Positions 53,999-62,052 of a stretch of 62,052 nt of DNA are shown here, one piece after another. Numbering within the stretch: the stretch's first letter is position 1; each line of letters starts with the position of its first letter. The DNA comes from an uncultured Gammaproteobacteria bacterium (GTDB taxonomy: Bacteria > Patescibacteriota > Microgenomatia > Levybacterales > UBA12049). Made by a program: the position numbers and the translations under genes. The stretch is taken from the NCBI GenBank assembly GCA_964537895.1, contig CAZIDK010000004.1, positions 1 through 62,052 of the forward strand, written 5' to 3'. Below the pieces are notes generated by a model. The model was given only the letters and a program-made list of their open reading frames with translations. It ran no database searches and was not told the DNA's origin.

Positions 53999-55173
53999 CA
54001 AAATTAAAACTTCTTTTTTCCTCCTATCTCTTAGTAATTGTAGCTTTATTTTTTTACTCATTTACCCAAGTTGATTTGAACCTTACCTTATCGCAAGCCT
54101 CAATTTATCAAACCCTGGAAAAACAATTCCAATACATAGGTTTTTTCCAAAGACCAATATCAGCTTTAATATTTTTTGTAATTGCTCTTTTGCTTTTTAT
54201 CTTTTATTTTTCTTTTCTGTATTTAGCAAAAAAAGAAAAAATAACTTTTAAAACAGTAAAAGCACTTATTTTTTTAACATTCATATTTTTAGTATTTTCT
54301 TACAATGCTTTTTCATATGATTTATTCAATTATATTTTCGACGCAAAAATACTAACTTTCTATAATCAAAATCCCTATTTCTATAAGCCAACAGATTTTG
54401 TTGACCCAATGCTTAATTTTATGCGTTGGACTCATCGAGTTTACCCATATGGACCAAGCTGGCTTATATTAACCGCGCCGCTGTCTCTTATTGGTTCTAA
54501 TTTATTTTTGCCAACTTTTTTTCTCTTCAAATTATTAATAGGATTATTTTTTGTAGGGAGTAGTTTTTTAGTTTATAAAATATCTGAAATCCTGTTTCCA
54601 AAAGAAAAAATTTTCAATACAATTTTTTGGACATTTAATCCCTTAGTAATTATAGAAGGACTTGTTTCTGCCCATAATGATTTTCCTCTTGTATTTTTTG
54701 GACTTTTATCTATCTATTTATACTTAAAAAATCAAAAACTTTATTCTATTATTTCTCTTGCCTTTTCTATAGGAGTTAAGTATTTAACGTTTTTATTTAT
54801 TCCTGTGTTTGTTTTAATATTTTTTATGGATAAAACTAATAAAAAAATAAACTGGGGGAAAATATTTCTTTTACTGGTTATATTTTCTATTGCAAGTCTA
54901 ATTGCGGTTTCGTTTAGAACCACGTTTCAGCCCTGGTATTTAATTTTCCCATTATCTTTATGTTCTTTTCTTTCCAGAAAACTATATATATTTATTCCTG
55001 CTGTTTTAGCATCTATATTTTCTCTCTTAATCTACGTAATTTATGTTTTTATGACAGATTATGCAAAAGGGTATCCTCAAATAATCTCAAATGTTGAATA
55101 TATAGGCTTATTTTCTATTAGTGTTTTTTTAATTGCATATTTCTTAAAAACAAAATTAAATTCTTATCATTGA
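53995..55173 (+). CDS. polytopic membrane protein, GT-C-like (DUF2029/MptB-like guess)
   Basis: About 11 TM helices and a loop motif NPYFYKPTDF...VYPYGP. Coupled to the upstream GT2 gene. Confidence 0.65.
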   Translation: MTKLKLLFSSYLLVIVALFFYSFTQVDLNLTLSQASIYQTLEKQFQYIGFFQRPISALIFFVIALLLFIFYFSFLYLAKKEKITFKTVKALIFLTFIFLVFSYNAFSYDLFNYIFDAKILTFYNQNPYFYKPTDFVDPMLNFMRWTHRVYPYGPSWLILTAPLSLIGSNLFLPTFFLFKLLIGLFFVGSSFLVYKISEILFPKEKIFNTIFWTFNPLVIIEGLVSAHNDFPLVFFGLLSIYLYLKNQKLYSIISLAFSIGVKYLTFLFIPVFVLIFFMDKTNKKINWGKIFLLLVIFSIASLIAVSFRTTFQPWYLIFPLSLCSFLSRKLYIFIPAVLASIFSLLIYVIYVFMTDYAKGYPQIISNVEYIGLFSISVFLIAYFLKTKLNSYH

Positions 55174-55204
55174 TTGAACTTGGGGCTTTTACTATAATCC
55201 ATCT

Positions 55205-56740
55205 ATGCAACTAATTCTTAAGTATCGTAATGAAATTATACTTGGGGCTTTCATTACTTTTTTTTACTTCTTCTTAAGACTAATTTTCTTAGGTAATCTT
55301 CCAATATTTACAGATGAGGCAATATATTTAAGGTGGGCGCAAATTGCTTTAAATGACTCCGCATGGAGATTTATTTCATTAACAGACGGTAAGCAGCCAA
55401 TGTTTATCTGGGCAACTGTAGTTTTTATGAAGTTTATAGAAGATCCTCTTTTAGCTGGAAGACTGGTTTCAGTTTTTAGCGGGTTCTTTACTATGGTTGG
55501 TCTTTTTTTCCTTACCTATGAGCTTTTTAAAAATAAAACAACCGCCTTTTTAGTAGCTATTCTTTATATTTTTTATCCATTTGCTCAAGTTTTAGACAGA
55601 ATGGCGCTTTATGATAGCATGGTAGCAACTTTTTCTGTTTGGGCTTTATATTTTTCTATCCTTTTAGTACGTAAGACTAGGTTAGATATTGCCTATACTT
55701 TGGGCTTTGTAATAGCTTTAGGAATATTAACAAAGACCTCTAATTTTTTCAGTATTTATCTTTTGCCATTTACATTAATACTTTTTGATTTTAAAAGAAA
55801 AGATTTGCAAAATAAATTTTTAACCTGGGTAACCTTCGCTATATTTGCAAGCGTATTATCATTTGCAATGTATAACATTTTAAGACTTTCTCCTCTTTTT
55901 CAAATGATACAAGCAAAGAATGCAATTTTTGTTTACCCGTTGTCCGAATGGTTAGAACATCCTTTTACATTTTTTATCGGAAATCTTAATGGACTTTTCA
56001 GCTGGTTAACTGAGTATTTAAAACTTCCCTATATGGTTTTAATATTGATTTCTTTAATTATGGTAAAAAAATATTTTAAAGAAAAGATATTACTTTGCTT
56101 ATATTTTTTAGTTCCTTTTGTAGCCCTTGCGCTTTTTGGGAGAGTGATATTTCCACGATTTATTTATTTTATGAGTCTTTATCTTCTTCCTTTAGCAGCG
56201 TGGGGTTTAAACTATATTATTTCGCAAGCGTTAAGATATTCAGAAGGTAAGAATAAAGCACACGTAATTAAAAAATTAATCCCGATTACAGTTTTTGCTT
56301 TTATTTGGTATCCGGCATTTGTTTCTTATCAGTTTGCTAAAGATCCAATAAATTCACAGATTGCAAAAGCAGACAACAATCAATATGTAAATAGCTGGGC
56401 AGCAGGATGGGGTGTTAAAGAAAGTGTCGAATATTTCAAAGACAAAGCAAGAAATCAGAAAATTTTTATTGCAACAGAAGGAACTTTTGGACTTTTACCT
56501 GCATCGATGGAATTGTATATGGTAGATAATAAAAATATTAAAATAAAAGGTTACTGGCCTGTAGATATTTTTCCAAAAGAGGCTTTAAATTATGCTAAAA
56601 AAATGCCTTCATATTTTATCGCTTATCAAAGCAATCATATTATAATTCCACCGGAATTTCCTTTAAAACTTGTTTTTCAGGTAAGGCAAGGCAATACGGA
56701 TTATTTTTATAGGGTTTATCAGATATTGCCGCAAAAGTAA
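55205..56740 (+). CDS. GT-C fold glycosyltransferase (ArnT/PMT, GT39/83-like)
   Basis: First-loop motif PIFTDEAIYLRWAQ and a polytopic N-terminal half with a soluble C-terminal domain. Confidence 0.75.
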   Translation: MQLILKYRNEIILGAFITFFYFFLRLIFLGNLPIFTDEAIYLRWAQIALNDSAWRFISLTDGKQPMFIWATVVFMKFIEDPLLAGRLVSVFSGFFTMVGLFFLTYELFKNKTTAFLVAILYIFYPFAQVLDRMALYDSMVATFSVWALYFSILLVRKTRLDIAYTLGFVIALGILTKTSNFFSIYLLPFTLILFDFKRKDLQNKFLTWVTFAIFASVLSFAMYNILRLSPLFQMIQAKNAIFVYPLSEWLEHPFTFFIGNLNGLFSWLTEYLKLPYMVLILISLIMVKKYFKEKILLCLYFLVPFVALALFGRVIFPRFIYFMSLYLLPLAAWGLNYIISQALRYSEGKNKAHVIKKLIPITVFAFIWYPAFVSYQFAKDPINSQIAKADNNQYVNSWAAGWGVKESVEYFKDKARNQKIFIATEGTFGLLPASMELYMVDNKNIKIKGYWPVDIFPKEALNYAKKMPSYFIAYQSNHIIIPPEFPLKLVFQVRQGNTDYFYRVYQILPQK

Positions 56741-59121
56741 TGAATAAGCTTAAAAATCTTTGGCCTTATTTTCTAATTCTAATCGTAGTTTTTATATTCT
56801 TCTTCCCTGTTTTTAGAGGAAAAGTTCCTTTTCCGGGTGATCTCTTGGTAAGTGAAAACCCTTACAAAACAGAATCTTTTTTAGGATATGCGCCGAGCGG
56901 ATATCCAAACAAAGCCCAAGGCGCAGATGTTATAAAAGAAATATATCCCTGGAGATATTTTTCAATTGATCAGTTAAGACAAGGAAATATTCCTTTTTGG
57001 AATCCACATAATTTTTCAGGGAACCCTCAATTAGCTAATTTCCAAACCGCAATTTTTTATCCAATTAATTTTTTGTATTTCTTACTCCCTTTTAATTTTT
57101 CCTGGACAGTAATAATAATGCTTCAGCCTTTTCTTGCAGGGGTTTTTATGTATCTTTTTTTAAAAAAAGCAGTAGGCTTAAAGGATTTCGCATCATTTAT
57201 CGGAGCAATTTCTTTTGCCTTTTCTTCATATATGAGTGTATGGATAGAATATGGCAATATAGGAAGCACGTTCCTGTGGCTTCCATTGGCGCTTCTTTTC
57301 ACAAAATATTTTTTTCAAAAACTAACAAAAACCAATTTTTTATTATTGTCCTTAATTTTATCAATGTCTATTCTCGCAGGTTACATACAAGGAGTATTTT
57401 ATATTTATGTTCTTTGTTTTTTTTACTACAGCTATTTAGTTTTTACTACAAAAGGTGCTTTAAAAAATCATAAGAAAAATTTTATATTCTTACTTTCTCT
57501 TTTTAGTCCCTTTTTAATAACATCATTTCAAATTTTTCCGACCCTTCTGCTTTTCTCCGAGTCTACAAGAGGAGCTTATGCTTTATCTCAAATAGAAAAA
57601 AATCTTGCCCCGGTTTTTTATTGGATTACAATTTTTGCTCCTGATTTTTTTGGAAATCCGGCAACAAGAAATTATTGGATTGACGGAACATATATAGAAA
57701 GAGTAATGTATCCCGGGACTCTTATTTTAGCTTTTGTTATTTTTGCTTTGTTAAACAAAACAAAGGTACAAGAAAAAAGATTTTTTGCGATTTCTTCTGT
57801 AGTATCTTTAGTGCTTGCAACTAACCTGCCGCTAGTTAAATATCTTTATCTCATTCCGATACCCGTGATATCGACGACAGTTCCAACCAGAGAGCTTAGT
57901 ATTTTTATTTTCAGCTTAATAGTTTTAGGCGCAATTGGAATCGACCACTTCTTACGCGAAAAGGATCTTAAAAAAACGCCATTTTATATTCTCTTTTCGG
58001 TTTATATCCTAATCTTAATTGGCGTAGTTGTTTTTATGAAATTAATTCCTGATTTATCAGATAATCTTAAAGTTTCACTCCGCAATTTAGCAATACCATC
58101 CTCGATTGCTTTTTTAGTGATTGTTTCTGTTTTTCTGAAAAAATTAAATATAAAAATAACATACGCCTTAATAGTTTTTTTAGTTATCTTTGATCTTTTA
58201 TATTTTTTTAATAAAATTACCCCTTTTTCTCCAAAAGAGCTGATTTATCCGCAGACCCCGGTAATGAACTATCTTCAGAAAAATGCAGGTATAAATAGAT
58301 TTTGGGGATACGGTTCGGCTTATGTTTCTCCAAACTACCAAAGTGTTGACGGCACTTATTCTCCCGAAGGAAATGATCCTTTGCACATAGCCTCTTATGG
58401 AGAGTTGCTCGCGGCTTCTAACAATGGGAAGCTTCCTTTAGTTTTACCAAGGCCTGATGCAAATATCGCGCCGGGATATGGCTCTTCTGACTTGAAAAAT
58501 AATATCTACAGGCAAAGACTGCTTAATCTTTTGGGAGTTAAGTATGTTTTAAATCAAGATTACACTCTTAAAAATGATTATCGGCCCGATCTGACGACTT
58601 TTCCGGAAGATTCTTATAAACTTATCTGGCAAAAATCTCCCTGGCAGGTATACGAGAATCAACAAGTTTTGCCAAGGTATTTTATGTCAGGAGAGTTTAA
58701 GGTGGAAAACAGAAAAACAATTTTAAATTCAATTTATGATAAAAATGTAGATTTAAGAAGGACAATATTTTTGGAAGAAAATCCCAATATTCAAGTTGAT
58801 AAAAACTCTACCGGAGAAGCAAAGCTTTTATCATATAAATCAAATGAAATTAAATTTTCAACCAAAACTCAAGGCGACAACATTCTTTTTCTTTCGGATA
58901 ATTATTTTCCGGGCTGGCAAGCTTATGTAGATGGAGTCAAGACAAAGATTTACAGAGCGGATTATTCTTTTAGAGCAATCGTAGTCCCAACAGGAAAACA
59001 CGAAGTAACCTTTTCTTACTATCCGGCTAATTTTATATTCGGATTAAAAGTTTCAGCTGCCGGATTTTTATTGCTAATCATTAGTTTTTTTTGGGTAAAA
59101 AAATATGAAAAAAAATTCTAA
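56740..59121 (+). CDS. YfhO-family GT-C membrane protein
   Basis: PFPGDLL, WNPHNFSGNP, and the C-terminal module DNYFPGWQAYVDG...FSYYP followed by a terminal TM helix. Confidence 0.85.
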   Translation: MNKLKNLWPYFLILIVVFIFFFPVFRGKVPFPGDLLVSENPYKTESFLGYAPSGYPNKAQGADVIKEIYPWRYFSIDQLRQGNIPFWNPHNFSGNPQLANFQTAIFYPINFLYFLLPFNFSWTVIIMLQPFLAGVFMYLFLKKAVGLKDFASFIGAISFAFSSYMSVWIEYGNIGSTFLWLPLALLFTKYFFQKLTKTNFLLLSLILSMSILAGYIQGVFYIYVLCFFYYSYLVFTTKGALKNHKKNFIFLLSLFSPFLITSFQIFPTLLLFSESTRGAYALSQIEKNLAPVFYWITIFAPDFFGNPATRNYWIDGTYIERVMYPGTLILAFVIFALLNKTKVQEKRFFAISSVVSLVLATNLPLVKYLYLIPIPVISTTVPTRELSIFIFSLIVLGAIGIDHFLREKDLKKTPFYILFSVYILILIGVVVFMKLIPDLSDNLKVSLRNLAIPSSIAFLVIVSVFLKKLNIKITYALIVFLVIFDLLYFFNKITPFSPKELIYPQTPVMNYLQKNAGINRFWGYGSAYVSPNYQSVDGTYSPEGNDPLHIASYGELLAASNNGKLPLVLPRPDANIAPGYGSSDLKNNIYRQRLLNLLGVKYVLNQDYTLKNDYRPDLTTFPEDSYKLIWQKSPWQVYENQQVLPRYFMSGEFKVENRKTILNSIYDKNVDLRRTIFLEENPNIQVDKNSTGEAKLLSYKSNEIKFSTKTQGDNILFLSDNYFPGWQAYVDGVKTKIYRADYSFRAIVVPTGKHEVTFSYYPANFIFGLKVSAAGFLLLIISFFWVKKYEKKF

Positions 59122-60640
59122 ACTGCTGTTTCTTATTTTGGTAATAATAGTTTCTTTGCCTTCTATAATAGGTTTACTCCACTTAGGCTTTCCGTCAACC
59201 GATGACGGAAATTGGATGGTTATTAGGTTCTCGGCGTTTTTTGAAAACCTAAGAAACGGACAGTTTCCGGTTAGATTTTTAACAAGACTCAATTACGGTT
59301 TTGGTTATCCGGTTGCAGATTTTCTTTACCCGCTTTTTATGTATATAGGTGTTCCCATACATATTTTAGGTTTTAGTTTTGTAAATACAATTAAAATACT
59401 TTTTGCTTTAAGTATGATATTTTCTTCTGTTTTTTCATATCTATGGCTATGTAAAAGGTTTGATAATATTTCATCTCTTGTTGGTTCTGCCGCTTATACA
59501 TTTTTTCCTTACCATCTTTTTGATCTTTATCAAAGAGGTTCATTAGGAGAAGTGCTGGCTCTTTCTATTGTTCCTTTTATTTTATGGCAAGTAGAAAGAA
59601 AAAACTTGCTTTTTACAAGCTTAGGAATTGCTCTTTTAATTATCGCCCACAACAGTTTAGCATTGATATTTTTACCGGTGGTTTTGACATATATTGTATT
59701 GATACATCACAACAGTATTAAAAAATGGTTTTACACATTTATTTTTGGACTAGGTCTATCTGCGTTTTTCTGGATGCCGGCTTTTTATGATAAGCAATTT
59801 ACGGTTTTTGATAATGTCACAGTTTCTGATTTTTCAAAATATTTCATCTCTTTTAATAATTGGAGTATATTAGGACTAGCCTTTATTTTTCTGGTTTTGG
59901 AAAGTATTCTTTTTGTAGTTAGAAAAAAAGATAAAAACGTAATTTATGTATTATTACTGACTGTTTTTTTAACTTTTCTTGTTTTACCTATTTCAAAAAT
60001 TTTATGGACATATTTTCCTTTTACAAATTTAATTCAATTTCCGTTTAGGATTGTTTCGGTAATCATGCTTTTAAGCAGTTTTTTAATTTCTTATCAGCTT
60101 AATAAAACAGAAAAAAAGAAAAAACTTTGGCTTACCGGAATTTATTTAATATTAATCTTTATTTCCGCAGTGCCGTTTTTAGTCCCTAAGAATTATCAAA
60201 ACTATCCAGATTCTTTTTATTCTACCAATCAAGATACCACCACTGTAAAAAATGAGTATATGCCAAAATGGGTTAAGGTTATTCCTACAGCAATGCCAAG
60301 TGAAAAAATTACAGTAATCAAAGGGCAAGGAACAGTAGGAAATTTGTTTGTAAATGGCAATAAGGCAACGTTCTCCATAAATGCATTAACTAAAGCTCAA
60401 ATTCAATTTAATATGGTGTATTTTCCCGGCTGGAAAGTAAAGGTTGACGGAAAAGAAGTTCCTATTTCTTATGAAAATGAAAATGGTCTCATTAGGTTCT
60501 TTGTTAATCCAGGGATACATTTTATCAATATTTCTTTCGGTGAGACTCCTTTAAGAATTTTTGCTGATTTAGTATCATTTGTAAGCTTGATTATATTATT
60601 TCTTTTGGCCATAAAGAATAGAAGAGTATTTAAAAAATGA
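59105..60640 (+). CDS. polytopic membrane protein (COG5617-type, often annotated 6-pyruvoyl-tetrahydropterin synthase-related)
   Basis: TDDGNWMVIRFSAFFENLRNGQFPVRF, GFGYPVADFLYP, and the C-terminal YFPGWKVKVDG module. Confidence 0.7.
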   Translation: MKKNSKLLFLILVIIVSLPSIIGLLHLGFPSTDDGNWMVIRFSAFFENLRNGQFPVRFLTRLNYGFGYPVADFLYPLFMYIGVPIHILGFSFVNTIKILFALSMIFSSVFSYLWLCKRFDNISSLVGSAAYTFFPYHLFDLYQRGSLGEVLALSIVPFILWQVERKNLLFTSLGIALLIIAHNSLALIFLPVVLTYIVLIHHNSIKKWFYTFIFGLGLSAFFWMPAFYDKQFTVFDNVTVSDFSKYFISFNNWSILGLAFIFLVLESILFVVRKKDKNVIYVLLLTVFLTFLVLPISKILWTYFPFTNLIQFPFRIVSVIMLLSSFLISYQLNKTEKKKKLWLTGIYLILIFISAVPFLVPKNYQNYPDSFYSTNQDTTTVKNEYMPKWVKVIPTAMPSEKITVIKGQGTVGNLFVNGNKATFSINALTKAQIQFNMVYFPGWKVKVDGKEVPISYENENGLIRFFVNPGIHFINISFGETPLRIFADLVSFVSLIILFLLAIKNRRVFKK

Positions 60641-62052
60641 ATTTACTGAAAAAATTTTTGCCTCTTGTTGTTATTATTATGCTATCATTTTGGGCAGTAA
60701 AACCCTTATTTTATTCGGGTTTTTTTCCAATTCATGATGACGAACAAATCGCAAGATTATATGAATTAACATTAGTCGTTAATAATGGGCAGATTCCTCC
60801 GCGGTGGGTGCCCGATTTAGGTTTTGGTTATGGTTATCCTTTATTTAACTTCTATCCGCCTCTTGCTTATTATTTTGGCTACTTATTTCATTCTGTTGGA
60901 TTTTCTTTTATTGATTCTACAAAAATCGTTATCGGACTAGGATTTATTCTTTCTGCTTTTTTTATGTTTATGTGGGTGAAAAAACATTACGGTATTTCGG
61001 CAGGACTGGTTGCAGCGATCTTATATACTTATACTCCTTATCACGCAGTAGATATTTATGTTAGGGGAGCTTTATCTGAATTTTTCTCTTTCGTTTGGAT
61101 TCCTGCAGTTTTTTGGGCTTTAGATAGATGTTCTGAAAAAAAGACGGTTTTAAGTGCGTTAATTGCAGGAATTTTATTATCTTTTGTCGTACTAACCCAT
61201 AATTTAGTTACGTTACAATTTATTCCTTTTTTAGCGGTATACTTATTATATTTACTTTATAAAGAAAGAAAAAATATTAAAAAAGTATTTTTATTTTTCT
61301 CTCTATCCGGATTAATAAGTCTTGGTATTTCTGCATATTTTTGGTTGCCGGCTCTTCTTGAAAAAAAATATACGCTTGTTGATAAAATTCTTCTTGGAGA
61401 ACTGGCAAGTTATAAATTGCACTTTGTCTGCCCAACGCAATTTTTAAATTCTCTTTGGGGATACGGGGGATCCATTGCAGGTTGTGCGGATGGTTTGTCG
61501 TTTCAGATCGGCAAAGTGCAACTTGCAGTTTCTTTACTGGCAATTTTATTAATAGTATTTCTCGTTTTATTTAAAAGAAAGTTAACATTTAACGTAAAAC
61601 TACCGTTTGTTGTTTTCTCCCTTTTTATTTTTTCCCTGTTTATGGCTACTTCTTATTCTCAACCTATTTGGAATATTTTTCAGCCTCTTGCTTATGTTCA
61701 GTTTCCCTGGCGTTTTCTCCTTTTTACAGCGGTTTTTGCCTCATTTTTAGGAGGATTTGTAACAGCTGTTTTTAAGAGATATTTGAATAAATATTTATTT
61801 TTGGTAGTTTGCGCAATTCTAGTAGTAGGATTGCTTTATTCTGTGAGATATGCTTTTAAACCGTCTGCATACTTGTCTGTCAATGATTCTTATTATACTT
61901 CAAAGCAGGATCTTCAATGGCGGGTTTCCAGAATGTCATATGAATATGTTCCCAAAGGAGTCGCTACCAAGCTTTCGGATTTAGGCACTACTGCGCTTGA
62001 TATATCAAAAAAAGATATCCCGGAGAAAAGTTACGAAGTATTAAAAGGAGAT
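60637..62052 (+). CDS. second COG5617-type polytopic membrane protein (3' end outside window; not in ORF track)
   Basis: ATGA overlap with the upstream stop. The frame is open for 472 codons to the window end. HDDEQIARLYELTLVVNNGQIPPRWVPDLGFGYGYPLFNFYPP is paralogous to the 59105 product. Confidence 0.7.
   Translation, partial: MNLLKKFLPLVVIIMLSFWAVKPLFYSGFFPIHDDEQIARLYELTLVVNNGQIPPRWVPDLGFGYGYPLFNFYPPLAYYFGYLFHSVGFSFIDSTKIVIGLGFILSAFFMFMWVKKHYGISAGLVAAILYTYTPYHAVDIYVRGALSEFFSFVWIPAVFWALDRCSEKKTVLSALIAGILLSFVVLTHNLVTLQFIPFLAVYLLYLLYKERKNIKKVFLFFSLSGLISLGISAYFWLPALLEKKYTLVDKILLGELASYKLHFVCPTQFLNSLWGYGGSIAGCADGLSFQIGKVQLAVSLLAILLIVFLVLFKRKLTFNVKLPFVVFSLFIFSLFMATSYSQPIWNIFQPLAYVQFPWRFLLFTAVFASFLGGFVTAVFKRYLNKYLFLVVCAILVVGLLYSVRYAFKPSAYLSVNDSYYTSKQDLQWRVSRMSYEYVPKGVATKLSDLGTTALDISKKDIPEKSYEVLKGD

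Noticed and set aside
435-61543. Antisense or overlapping track ORFs (e.g. 435-719, 1662-1871, 3766-4062, 7018-7233, 9117-9398, 14421-14720, 17743-18045, 21053-21499, 22458-22676, 28643-28940, 31805-32146, 32717-33070, 36915-37310, 40658-41008, 42545-43255, 48556-48938, 51322-51666, 52456-53033, 61277-61543)
   Set aside because: Each is nested in or opposite a longer ORF with clear family motifs. They have low-complexity or Ser/Leu/Phe-rich shadow composition and no independent signals.
1-62052. CRISPR arrays, diversity-generating retroelement TR/VR pairs, IS elements, prophage genes
   Set aside because: There are no regularly spaced repeats beyond the single pair at 29379/29415. No reverse transcriptase, transposase, integrase or phage structural genes were recognisable in any frame.

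Overview
AT-rich, gene-dense bacterial window. Gene content and protein style look like a reduced-genome Patescibacteria/CPR-type organism. I infer this from many small membrane-anchored hypotheticals, GT-C membrane proteins, a minimal TsaB and an archaeal-type AspRS; I could not run a search. About 60 CDS and 2 tRNAs (Gln-CUG, Glu-CUC) are supportable. There is no rRNA, CRISPR array, transposase, integrase or reverse transcriptase. Core blocks: tsaC-tsaB; a nucleotide-sugar cluster (rfbA/rfbB/rfbD-like, ugd, rmd-like, gmd, UDP-xylose synthase) ending in a polyprenol-phosphate GT2 and a GT-C protein (2.3-11.9 kb); secD-secF-metK-yqeY; an ABC-2 exporter; cca; recJ; aspS; a D-Ala-D-Ala carboxypeptidase; gltX; a DEAD-box helicase; an ArsR-rhodanese-DUF302-rhodanese operon; a UPF0182 membrane protein; lon. 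A second envelope glycosylation block (49.4-62.0 kb) has one GT2 and six large polytopic GT-C/YfhO/COG5617-like proteins, one of them frameshifted. Items worth a second look: (1) a divergently inserted module (24.2-26.0 kb) encoding a 497-aa protein whose C-terminus carries RelA/SpoT-type nucleotidyltransferase motifs, preceded by a small Arg-rich ORF in a GC-rich stretch. (2) A repeat family (core TCTAGACCGGyATGCTCAGC, with one complete 120-nt hairpin copy) that bounds gene modules between 31.5 and 41.9 kb, beginning next to tRNA-Gln. (3) GC-rich hairpin repeats inserted in frame in several conserved genes, one pair showing a compensatory stem change. (4) Two non-canonical NRAMP paralogs lacking the DPGN/MPH metal site, one translationally coupled to a stand-alone MgtE-type cytosolic sensor protein, plus a decayed third copy. 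(5) Canonical TTGACA-17-TATAAT promoters that abut start codons, implying leaderless transcripts, including two divergent pairs with interlocked -35 boxes. All functional calls come from motif recognition by eye, and no database search was possible.
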